NCBI GenBank assembly: GCA_040954595.2
Contig: CM082577.2
Span: 13,957,903 to 14,021,902 of the forward strand
DNA length: 64,000 nt
DNA from: Balanoglossus misakiensis
Taxonomy: Eukaryota > Animalia > Hemichordata
Direction: 5' to 3'
Shown here: positions 38,901-50,900 of the stretch, piece after piece
Numbering within the stretch: position 1 is the stretch's first letter
How the letters are laid out: each line of letters begins with the position of its first letter
The notes under the pieces: generated by a model
What the model saw: only the letters and a program-made list of their open reading frames with translations
Told to the model about the DNA's origin: nothing
The model's database searches: none
Position numbers and translations under genes: made by a program

Positions 38901-41900
38901 TTCTCATCACGAACATGTAAGGACCATTGGTAAGACAACCTGACGCCTTGTGAACAACTCAAGCATTCGCCTTGATAAGACAACGTGCCAGTCGGGTTGA
39001 CTTTGCCTCCACAGTTCGTCTTGCAGCTAAAACACAAATGATAATCTTGAAATTCTATGCATATTCATGAATGACATGGGCATATTCTTTTGTCCAATCA
39101 ATCGCGTTGTTATTGTAATTGGCAACGTGCGCAATCATTGGTATTTAAGAGAAAATATGTAAACTATATTTTTGCAAGCAATTTCTCTGTCAAAGTTTCG
39201 CTGCTCCCAGTAATTACGCTAATATCAGAATAGGAAAAGCTTGAGTCGTGTTCTGGAAAGGGGCTATATAATGAAAAAGCATAAATCAAGTTTACAGGGA
39301 GTATCGTTTTTGTTTTAGCGGGAGCTTGCATGTTCACTGTCCGAGTTCTTTTCCGATAGCACGTCAAAAGAAAACAATACAACAGTTCCTGCAAGATTGC
39401 TTGATTAGAACATCTGTAAACAGTGCGTTGTGAAGTGAAAATCAGCAAATTCAATTTCGGACACAACAGGACACATCACGCGTTCTATTACTCCCACAAT
39501 TTCTTATCTATTACAGGACGCAATGACGTCAATCAAAGGTCTGATAACATTCATGCTTTGGATATGAAGGTCTTTTATACTGTTGAAATTAACAACTTCT
39601 ACTCTACTAAACATGATTGTCTGCTTAATTGAGTGTTTAACAGGTTGACATGACGTACAGACATGTCCAGCTGACCAGGTTACTGACGGAGAACTTCAAA
39701 TGTAATGAACCCAAGTCATCACTCGGTCAATTTTCTTTTCCCTGCAATTTACCGTTTGTAAGTAAATTTATATTATGTCTGATTCATGTAATTGCTAAAA
39801 ACCGTATTGTATAATCGGTCAGCACCATACATAGCACATATAAAAGAGCATAAATCTCACCTTACAGAAATAGACGGTGGCATTCCCTCCACAAGTTCAA
39901 TTTCTTGGTCAAAGTCACCTTGACGTTCATTCGCTAACACAATTACCTTGAAGATATACGTAGTATTGACATGCATTGGTAGTGTGTCAAAGGAGATGAT
40001 TCCATCGTGGTAGTCAATTCGACCAGGGCCGTGACTGAAACATCCACCGTTATCAACGTCAGGTTCAGGCGTTGGAAGAGTTTCGTCTAAGTCGTTCCCC
40101 ACCATCGGGAAAGTTTCTCCTTCCCGTCGACAAAACCACACAAACTGCAAACCGCTTTTATCCTCCGGGTTTTCTGCATCGGGGTCAAAGGTGAGCGTCA
40201 GGGCATCGAGTTCAAGAGCGGCGCCGTATCCGACGGGCCGTCCGCTGCCACCAACGATGCTGACGCTGAGAGGAGAGGAGACGAAATGAAGATAAGCAAC
40301 ACTTTCGCCTGCAGTGTTGTATTCTCCCACCATGGAAACCGTGAGATGAACTTTGTATATGGCTGTTGGAAGAGATCTTGCGGCAATAACCAGCTCTGTA
40401 CCATTGTCTTGAAGAGCCAGGCCGATATCATTACCCAGGTCGTCGATCTCATATAAGCTCCAAGTGAAATTGGTAATCGACGTCTTCATGCAGTCCAGAG
40501 TGACCAGTGACCTGATGACGATAGTTTGTGATCTTTGTTCTACTCTGGGGTTTTGAAAAGTTTCGCCCCCATCTTTGATTGCGACGCTGGGAGCATTACA
40601 AGGTAGACCATCGACATCTATGGCCAAAGACACCGACGGGCTTGATACAAAGTTTTCAGCGGTGACAGTGACAGCGTATATGCCGCCACTCCCGAAGGAG
40701 TGTTGACACTGCAGTTGGTTTCCGTAGCCATCTTGTTTATCAAAATTGGCGTACGTGCTCATCTGCATACAGTAATAGGGACCAACAACCAATTTTGTTG
40801 AGCCGTCATTGAAATCCCAGAGAGAGCAAGCGTGAAGGTAGTCATTGCCCATGTTAAGGGTAAAGTTGACGACTTCATTGACCATTGGTTCATAGTTGGT
40901 AGCGGTTACTTGCAGAGTTTCTGGGATTGGCTCAATCAAATAGACCGTCCTCTCCTTGATCTGAGTGTTGACCGCATTTTCGACAGTGAGTTTGACGGAG
41001 TACGATCCCGGGTTCTCATAGACGTGTGATGTTGTATTTCCGGTTCCGGTGGAACCATCTCCGAACTGCCAGCTGTATGTTAGATTGCTGCCGCTGAACA
41101 TATTGGCTGTAAACTGTGTCACGTTCGCGAATGGAACGTGGTTTCTGAATGGGCCGTATGCTATATGATAGGTGTCGTTGGTTGGCCAGAATCCAATGAT
41201 GAGGCCGATGACTCTGATGTCTTCATAGACCTCAACCACCGCAGAATAACTGGCATAAGAAACCATGTTCCATATATTGACTTGAACGTCGTAGGAACCA
41301 ATGCTGGTGTAATTATGCGCAAATATATTGGTTTCGGACAGTGTCACCTCTTCTGCCGGAATGAAAGTGCCGTCCCCAAAATACCACTCGATGGTGGGTG
41401 CACTTGGCGGACCGAACAAGGGCACGATGTTTAGCTGGAATGTGACTAGAGCCACGTCATCTACAATTATCACTGGGGATTCCGGTGTTAACACCAAGTG
41501 GTACGTGTCCTCTTGAACAGTGATCGCAAAGGGTAACATGGCGGTTACCGAGCTGTACACGTTGAAGGCAGTAACGTTAGGCGTGAATTGTCCCGCTTCT
41601 CCCCAACAGTGTGTGAAAATGATGACGTCACCTGCGTCCGAAGTGGCAGTAGCACTTTCGCCGTCTCCAAAATCGATATTGATAGTAACATGAGTGCCGT
41701 TGATGACGGTGGCATTGATGTCCGTGCAGTTGCCGGTGTCTGCCAGATTTGTGGCTGTGCTAACCACAACATCATCGATCCTGTTAAGTACCATCATTTC
41801 CGTAGTAAATGCCATCGAACTGACCAAATTAAAACAGTTGACGGACACAGTGAACGTGCCTGCCACATTGTACCAATGCGAAAGTAGCACTGGCACCGTT

Positions 41901-44900
41901 AATGTGATTGGGACATTGTTCATAGATAACATGGGCGATCCATCTCCGAAATCAACTTCCACTGTCATATCGTCAGGTGGCTGTACTCCAGAATCGAGAG
42001 TGACCATGAAAAACGCTTCATCGGGACTGCGAATTGTGTCGTTCAATTTGGCGAACTGAAGCCCTTGAACCGGATAAATGATTATTACCTTTCTGCTTAT
42101 GGTTTCAACGTCGATGAGGTTTTCAGCGCTACCAGTTATAGAATACTCGCCAATTTCAGTGTATGTATGCTCGACGGTAAACTCCCTTGCTTTGTTCTTG
42201 TACACAGACTCGACACCTCCGTCGCCGAAGTCTAACTCAAACGTGATCTTAGATCCAGCGCTCACTTTCAGCTGAAACGTCATCGTCATGTTAATACCTC
42301 CAGTGACATTCTCAGCGTATCCTGCCGTGTCTAACACCATACGCAAGTCGCGAATTGGAATGACCACGGCAATCTCAAAGACGGCCGATTCGTTGTTCAT
42401 CTGGTTTTTGACCATGACGCTGCAGGTGTAGTTTCCCGATTCCGCGTACTGGTAGTCGATTGTCGGGAAGCGCCACTCCATGGCGCCCGTGTCGTCGCCG
42501 AAATCAAAATAATACAGGACGTGATCGCCGCTTGTCTTGGTCGCCGTTAGAGTGATGGAATTGGCCCTAGAGTCCAGCTCTACTGAAAGTGAGACTCCAC
42601 TAACAGGTTCTGTGACTATCTGTCTTTCATGCACTGAGATGAGGTGAGTTGTGGAGAAGATGGAATTTTTCTCACTGCCGCCACAAAATGTGTTGGTGTC
42701 GTTCGCGCACTGGATATTACATTCAGTGTCACTCAGCTGAGTATTTGACCCATAGTCGTTGCCACAGAAACACTGACTGCCTTCCCTGAGCGCGGCAAAT
42801 TTATAATTGTCGTATCGGCAACTATGGCGGCACGTTTCAGGGGTGATAGCCTGTATGTAGGTCGGTGAAATGGAAAATTCAGGAAATGCGATGTTTTCCG
42901 CGTAACACCCAATATAGTGAGTCTCAACGTAGCCTTCAATTGAGGAGAAAAGACGCTGTTGTTAGTTCACAAGAGAAATATTATGGAGTTTGTTAGGGAA
43001 ACAAAAACTATTGTTATAGAAACGGGTTAAAACATGTATCCTCTAGTCGAACCATAGAAATCGGAGGGTCTGGCCAACGTTTATACGATGGAAAGCTTTG
43101 TGAATCAAGTAAGTCATATATTTTCGCGACACGATCCCATATGGCTGGCAGATTGTAATAGCGGTATATGGTGGTTTGCATATAAATATGGGGTTTGAAA
43201 ACAATCGTGATGAGGGCCTTTTATCTGTCTGCGTGAAAAAGGCGTCGAATACTATTTAGAACGTCTCTTTTTTTACCTAATAGGTCAGGTGGATTAAAGT
43301 GTCGAGAATTATAATAATAATACGTAAAAAAACTAAATCATGTTTGTTTTATCATCAATAAAATACATTTAACTCAATTAGTATTAATTTTGACATAAAA
43401 ATTAAAGAAAACGTCTGTTCGAACAGGAAAAAAACATCTACTTCTTCTACACTTACCTCTAATGTATTCATGTGTAATTGTATCTATGTCGATTAGATCG
43501 TCCCAGAACTTGAGATCGTCCAAGAGGAACTTGCCATATGTTGCTGTAAATCGGTCATTAGCCTGGCCAACATAGAAATCGGGATAGGGCTCTACTGCAT
43601 CAAGAGGTTCCAAGTAAGGTCTGGTCGTCCCCTCCACATCGTAACCGGCACATGCGCCGTCGATGTACACGTGGATACCCGTGACTATGGACCAGGTGAA
43701 CGTCACGTGACTCCATATGTTGATTTCCAACTCGAACACCAGGGACCATTTACTGGATTCAAACGCTGCCCCAACCTCGAAGACATTTTGAGGTCCCGCG
43801 GAGCTGTTGGCGTTCAAACGAAAATAAAAGCCGTTAGAGGAGCATCGATGGCCCCCTCGCGACAAAATATACAGATCGCTGTCTTTACCACTGATGTTCA
43901 GGGATGGAGACATCCACGTGGATACCGTCAGGCCGCTGTCACAGTAAGACATGTCTTTGATGCACCAATCGCTATCGTGTTTGAGGGCGATCTTCTGTCC
44001 GTTGCCGTCAAGATGGACAGCCTCGTCCACAACACCAGGCACGATGTCTTCTTGATAAAGTTTGTATGCTGTGCCAATGTTGGTGTCTGGTGTGTAACCT
44101 TCAATGGTTCTGTTGTCCGCCGACAGAGAGTCCATCGTCCAATGGAAAAACTCAACATTAATCTCATCTGACAAGAAAGAAAAAGGATGGAAATTTGTTT
44201 TCAGTTATAGTGAGGTTGTACATGAAATTTAGGAGTGTGTTTTGATTCGTCGTCTGTTCTCGGTGTGGCAAATTTTATTGGCGTCTGTCTTTTATTTTGA
44301 AATTATTTTTTTACAAAGCTTGGCTGCAATGCCACGTTGAACCCATGGGGGAGAAGTGTTACTAGCGAGAGAGGTTTACTCCAGTTTTACATCCTAACAT
44401 TACTGTATGAATCGTGAATCTCTAAAATTCCATTCAACATCATGCCTATACGCTGTACGCTATATTTTATTTCAGTACACTGAACTAATACTGGTTCAAC
44501 ACAACACAACACAACACAACACAACACAACACAACACAACACACTACAACACAACACAACACAACACAACACAACACAACACAACACAACACAACACAAC
44601 ACAACACAACACAACACAACCCCTCACAACACAACACAACACAACACACCACAACACTACAACACACTACAACACAACACAACACAACACAACACACCAC
44701 ACCACACCACACCACAACACACCACAACACAACACAACACAACACAACACAACACAACACAACGCAACGCAACGCAACACAACACAACACAACACAACAC
44801 AACCACTCTTGCTAATAGATCATGACAATAGTCTCACCATAGACATATGCAAAAAGGTAAATATCAGTCTCTGACACAGTTTCCTCCACAAATTTAATGT

Positions 44901-47900
44901 CGTCAATCAGAAAGCTTGGATTGGTTGAACCAGTGAACGGATCGCGTCCAATGATCAACGACGTAAACCCGTCGCTCGCCAGATTTCCATTTCCGCCATC
45001 TTGTCGGTCCAAAGTACTCCAATGGATACCATTCACATAAACTATGACATTCACGGTGTCCCACATAGACCATGAGCCAGTAGGGGTTTACCTCCCCCCC
45101 CCGGGGGAATTTTTGAGACAATGTTTTTCTGAAAGCCTATCATATACTGAGTAAAATTCACTTTGTTTGCCATCTGGGCACCGGGGCGTTTTCGAGTTAT
45201 TGGCTTCTAAATTATATTGGGTAACGTATGTAGAAAAGCCTAAAAGTGCATATAAATTGACGTAGGGGGGTAAATTAGTCTTGTAAAATACTGTCTCTCT
45301 GAATGTATACCTAGAACAACAGGGAAGTGTTTGGTATCAAAAGAAAGCTTAATAAACAAGCTTTCCATTAATTACAAAATTAAAGTGATTTGACAAATCA
45401 TGACATCATAGTGACGTCATAAGTCAAAATACCCTTACGAAAATGGTGTTCTGTTCACCTATAATTTGTATAAATGTGAGGTTTTGCAAAACACGTCTCT
45501 GAGCAATTGTACTGATGAAAACTGTGATGTGTTTGGTATCAACAGAAAGCTGATTGAGTAAAGTATCTAATTATTGCAAAATATTGATATAATAATCAAT
45601 TACGTCATCATTACGTCATACTTCCAAGTACCCTAACCAATTAGTGACTATGATGACAAGTTATTACCCTAGGAGATAGGTGCCTTTAAATAAAAAAATT
45701 GGTAAGGAAGGTTTGTGAAGTCCATTCTATGTAAAAAATGGTGCTGATTCCAAAAAAGGCAGTCTTATTGACCCCACCCAAGACAAAATTGCCATTTTGG
45801 CACTTTTTAACCCAAAAAAAGGTCATTTTTAGAAAACACTAAAAGCACACTGTTTTCGTCACATTCGAAGATCTGATGACATATGATATGCCTATTCTAT
45901 GTAAAATTTGGTTGATATTACGAAAAAAGCAGTCTAACTGACCCCACCCAAGACAAAATTGCCATTTTGGCACTTTTTAACCCAAAAAAGGTCATTTTTA
46001 GAAAACACTAAAAACACACTGTTTTCGTCACATTCGAAGATCTGATGACATATGATATGCCTATTCTATGTAAAATTTGGTTGATATTACGAAAAAAGCA
46101 GTCTAACTGACCCCACCTAAGACAAAATTGCCGTTTTGGCACTTTTTAACCCAAAAAAGGTCATTTTTAGAAAACACTAAAAACACACTGTTTTCATCAC
46201 ATTCGAAGATCTGATGACATATGATAAGCCTATTCTATGTAAAATTTGGTTGATATTACGAAAAAAGCAGTCTGACTGACCCCAAACGAGACAGAATTGC
46301 CTTTTTGACCATTTTTGCCCAAAAACGTCATTTTTAGACAAAACTTAAAACACACTCTTCTCTTCATATTGATTGATTTGATGATATATGGAAAGTCAAT
46401 TCTATGCGTAAAATGGTGACTATAAAACATAAAGCAGTCTTTTTGACCCCAATCAATACAAAAAAATGCCATTTTTGGCCATATTTTTGAGGTAAAAAAA
46501 GGTCATTTTTACAAAAAAACTAAAAACAAATTGTTTTCTTCATATTCAGAGATCATGTGATATATGAAAAGTTTATGCTATGTAAAATAGTTCTGATTCC
46601 AGAAATAGCAGCCTTATTAACCCCCACTCAAGGCAAATGTGCCATTTTTGCCACTTTTTGCCCCAAAAATGTCATTTTTAGAAAACACTCAAAACTTATA
46701 TATTTTCTTCACTTTCGGAGATCTGATAATGTATTGTATACCCACCTTGTGTAAAATTTGGTAGGTATTCAAAAAAGTAGGTTTATTGGCGCCACTCAAG
46801 ATTAAAGTGCGTTTTTTGGCAAGTTTTTGCCCAAAAAGGCCATTTTAAGAAATAAGCAAACGTTTTTCTTTATATTTGGAAATTTGATCATGTATGAAAA
46901 GTCCATTTATTGAAAAATTGCTGTTGACTCTAGAAAAAGCAATCTTATTGATCTCAATGAAGATGAAAATACTTTTTGCCCAAAAAGGGTCATTTTTAGA
47001 ATATACTAAAAACATGCTATTTGTTTCCCTTTGGTGATCTAATAATAAATAAAAGTCCATTCTATCTTAAAAGTAGCGATTTTTCCAAAAAAGCACTCTT
47101 ACTGACTCCACAGAGGGAAAAAATGCCATTTTGGCCACTTTGCTCAAAAAAGGTAACTGTTTGAAAACTTCTTTCTTTATTTTCAGATCTTATGATGTAC
47201 GGAGAAGGTCCATTTTTGTTGAATGGGAGCCGATTCCAAAAAAAAAATTCTTTTCAGCCCTACAAAATTGTCATTTTGGCCATTTTTGGTCAAAAAGGTC
47301 ATTTCAAGAAAAAATGAAAACAAGCTGTTTTCTTCGTATTTAAATGTTTGATTATGAATGGAAAGTCCATTTTTTGCAAAAAATATGCTGATACCAACGC
47401 AACAGTCTTATTAAGACCCCACTCAATACAAAATTGCCACTAAGCCATCTTCTAGTCAACAATTGTCTGTTTCAGAAAACAAAATAATTGGTGTTTTTGC
47501 CTTTTGAGTTTTGATGTTATATTTGCATATTTAAAATGTCATACCATATGATATCAGTTGAATTGATGATATTGAAAGGCACATTTAGCCTAAAATGGAA
47601 CTCAACAATAAAACGAGACGATCCATGTATTCACACTGTATACTATAAGTCGGTTATACATGCCAACATGGTATAATTTTTTTAAGTACATCTATACCAG
47701 CTCCGGATAGATTGTTAACATGTATCCTCTTCGTTCTGAATACAAAATCAGAAATTATATTATATCACATGATCTCTGAATATGAAGAAAACAGTTTGTT
47801 TTTAGTTTTTTTTGTAAAAATGACCTTATTTGACCTCAAAAATGTGGCCAAAAATGGCATTTTTGTATTGATTGGGGTCAAAAAGACTGCTTTATGTTTT

Positions 47901-50900
47901 ATAGTCACCAATTTACACATAGAATTGACTTTCCATATATCATCAAATCAATCAATATGAAGAGAAGAGTGTGTTTTAAGTTTTGTCTAAAAATGACGTT
48001 TTTGGGCAAAAAATGGTCAAAAAGGCAATTCTGTCTCGTTTGGGGTCAGTTAGACTGCTTTTTTCGTAATATCAACCAAATTTTACATAGAATAGGCATA
48101 TCATATGTCATCAGATCTTCGAATGTGACGAAAACAGTGTGTTTTTAGTGTTTTCTAAAAATGACCTTTTTTGGGTTAAAAAGTGCCAAAATGGCAATTT
48201 TGTCTTGGGTGGGGTCAATAAGACTGCCTTTTTTTGGAATCAGCACCATTTTTTACATAGAATGGACTTCACAAACCTTCCTTACCAATTTTTTTATTTA
48301 AAGGCACCTATCTCCTAGGGTAATAACTTGTCATCATAGTCACTAATTGGTTAGGGTACTTGGAAGTATGACGTAATGATGACGTAATTGATTATTATAT
48401 CAATATTTTGCAATAATTAGATACTTTACTCAATCAGCTTTCTGTTGATACCAAACACATCACAGTTTTCATCAGTACAATTGCTCAGAGACGTGTTTTG
48501 CAAAACCTCACATTTAGTAAAATCTGTGTTGTGTCACAGATGTTTTTTGTGAACACACCGAGGTGGTCTTCACTAGCCCCACCTCCATTTCGCCCAATCA
48601 GCGCCGTTGGTGCTGACCTTTACTGCTTCGTTTCTGACCAATCAGCTTGGCCTGTGCACACGGCCCTTAGCGTCAGACTGGCCGTCCTTTGTTTCCCCAT
48701 TCATTCATTCATTCATTCAGTTCTCTGCTTGAGCCAGGTCACGTCGTCTTTATTTACTACGTAACTCCTCCATTTCAACCTGTGTTTTCACTCTTCGTCG
48801 TTACGTGTTCTAACCGAAGAAAAATGCCCGCCAGACGTCGATCACGAGTCCCAACAGCTCAGCCGTACGTTAGACCGACTACCCGAGCTCAATCCCGTTC
48901 TTCAGCGACACCGGATGCCGTGTCTGCGTCGCCGAGTACCACCGATCTGAATAGACTGGTCACTGAGAACTGTGCGACTTCTGTTCAGGGCTACAACAAC
49001 GAAGTTCCAGCCGATCGTCGTTCCTCTCCTGAATTTTCCGACGTCCCCCAAGGCAGTAGGCAAGAGCAGCAAAACAATTATGTAACTACTTCCATGTTTA
49101 CATCTCTGCAAGACTCTGTCAACAACCTGACGCGCTTAGTTTTGGAACAGCAAAATCCAGGGTTCAGCAACAACGCACCCATGACGTCATCGCCGGTGAC
49201 GTCACATCCGCCTATGGAGCAAAACGTACACACCAACGCTTTCCAAGATGGCGGCCGCGGCTCGGCCACTAACAACAACAACCATTCTGGCGCTACCAAT
49301 GACCTGCTCCGTTCTCGCGGTATCTCCTCGGAAAATTTACCGCACGTCGAACTGGTATCACCCTCCCTTCGTCGAGATATTCTCGCAGGTAAGGACGTCA
49401 ATTTGGCATGCCTGCTCATTCCGGGGTACAGCTTCAACGATAGCCAGCGTCACATTGTTATCGGCGACGAGGCCCTGTCGCTGCGACCTTTACACGACAC
49501 TCGAGTTCATCGCTCGCTTACAATCCAAGAATTCATTCTAGCCTTTTCGGTTTATAAAAATGTTATGTGCGAGGCTTATCCGAATCGCCGTGAAGAACTG
49601 GACTCATACCAACGAGATTTAGTCGACATGTCGCGTCGTTTTAGTGGCTTGGCCTTTTATGAGTACCATCGTGCATTTTCCGCTAGGGCCGCGGCTTTGC
49701 TGCAAAACCATAACATAAAAGTGGATTGGTCTCGCCGGGACACTACTTTATATTGTTCTATTTTCTCCGGCATGCGAGCAGTGCTGTGCAACCTGTGCGG
49801 AAGTGTAGCCCACGCTACCGAGATATGTCCGCAACTCGCTCCGGGCAGCAGGAAATCGGTTAACTCCATCTCCGCACCACCGCAACCGCCATCACAGGAC
49901 CGGCAGGGACGTCCCCGCGTTTTCCATCAGGATAAAGAACTCTGCAATAATTTCAATTCGCCCACGGGTTGTAAAAAAGATAACTGTTCCTTCGCCCATT
50001 GCTGTTCCATCTGCTTCTCCGGCGACCACAGCAAAGCCCAGGGCAATTGCTCGGGCAAACAGCGACCCACCTAATTCAGTACTTAGGTAGATGGTCTAGT
50101 GACTGTTACCAGTTGTTTTTAGAACCTCCGTTACCTCCTTGCGTCATGCTTTTCCTGTGCTTGCCAGTCATTCGAGAGTGTTTCTTTCCACGGCTGCTTC
50201 GTCTCGCATCCCCGATCACCTAATTCAGTACTTAGGTAGATGGTCTAGTGACTGTTACCAGTTGTTTTTAGAACCTCCGTTACCTCCTTGCGTCATGCTT
50301 TTCATGTGCTTGCCAGTCATTCGAGAGTGTTTCTTCTCGCGCTTGCCTTCTGATAAGTTTACCTCCTTTTTCTTGTTTTACCACATGCCACCTGGGCTCG
50401 TACGGTCGACCCGTCCCCCAGAACCACACCCACCCAAGCCGCATCATTTTATGATCCCTTGGGCGACATCTTTCCATTGTCTCATTCGTTCCACTTGTTT
50501 CCACCTGGGCTCGCACGGTCGACCCGTCCCCCAGGACCCCCCTCCCCCCCAAGCCGCATCATGTTATGATCCCTTGGGTGACACCTTTCCATTGTCTCAT
50601 TCGTTCCACGCTCCCACCTGGGCTCGCACGGTCGACCCGTCCCCCAGGACCCCCTCCCCCCCAAGCCGCATCATTTTATGATCCCTTGGGCTCATTCGTT
50701 CCACGCTCCCACCTGGGCTCGCACGGTCGACCCGTCCCCCAGGACCCCCTCCCCCCCCAAGCCGCATCATTTTATGATCCCTTGGGTGACATTTTTCCAT
50801 TGTCTCATTCGTTCCACGCTCCCACCTGGGCTCGCACGGTCGACCCGTCCCCCAGGACCCCCTCCCCCCCAAGCCGCATCATTTTATGATCCCTTGGGCG

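Noticed and set aside
44387-44874. TTQHN / CCVVL repeat proteins
   Set aside because: Translations of the (CACAA)n microsatellite.
12375-45065. An inversion or assembly fold-back explaining the two inverted copies
   Set aside because: Each copy has its own matching TSD pair and the polycystin exon is colinear across copy 2. Polishing-induced homogenisation of the two copies cannot be excluded.
48689-48823. N-terminal 45 aa of the 461-aa ORF in the track
   Set aside because: Depends on a TTG start inside repeat A1; the first ATG is at 48824.
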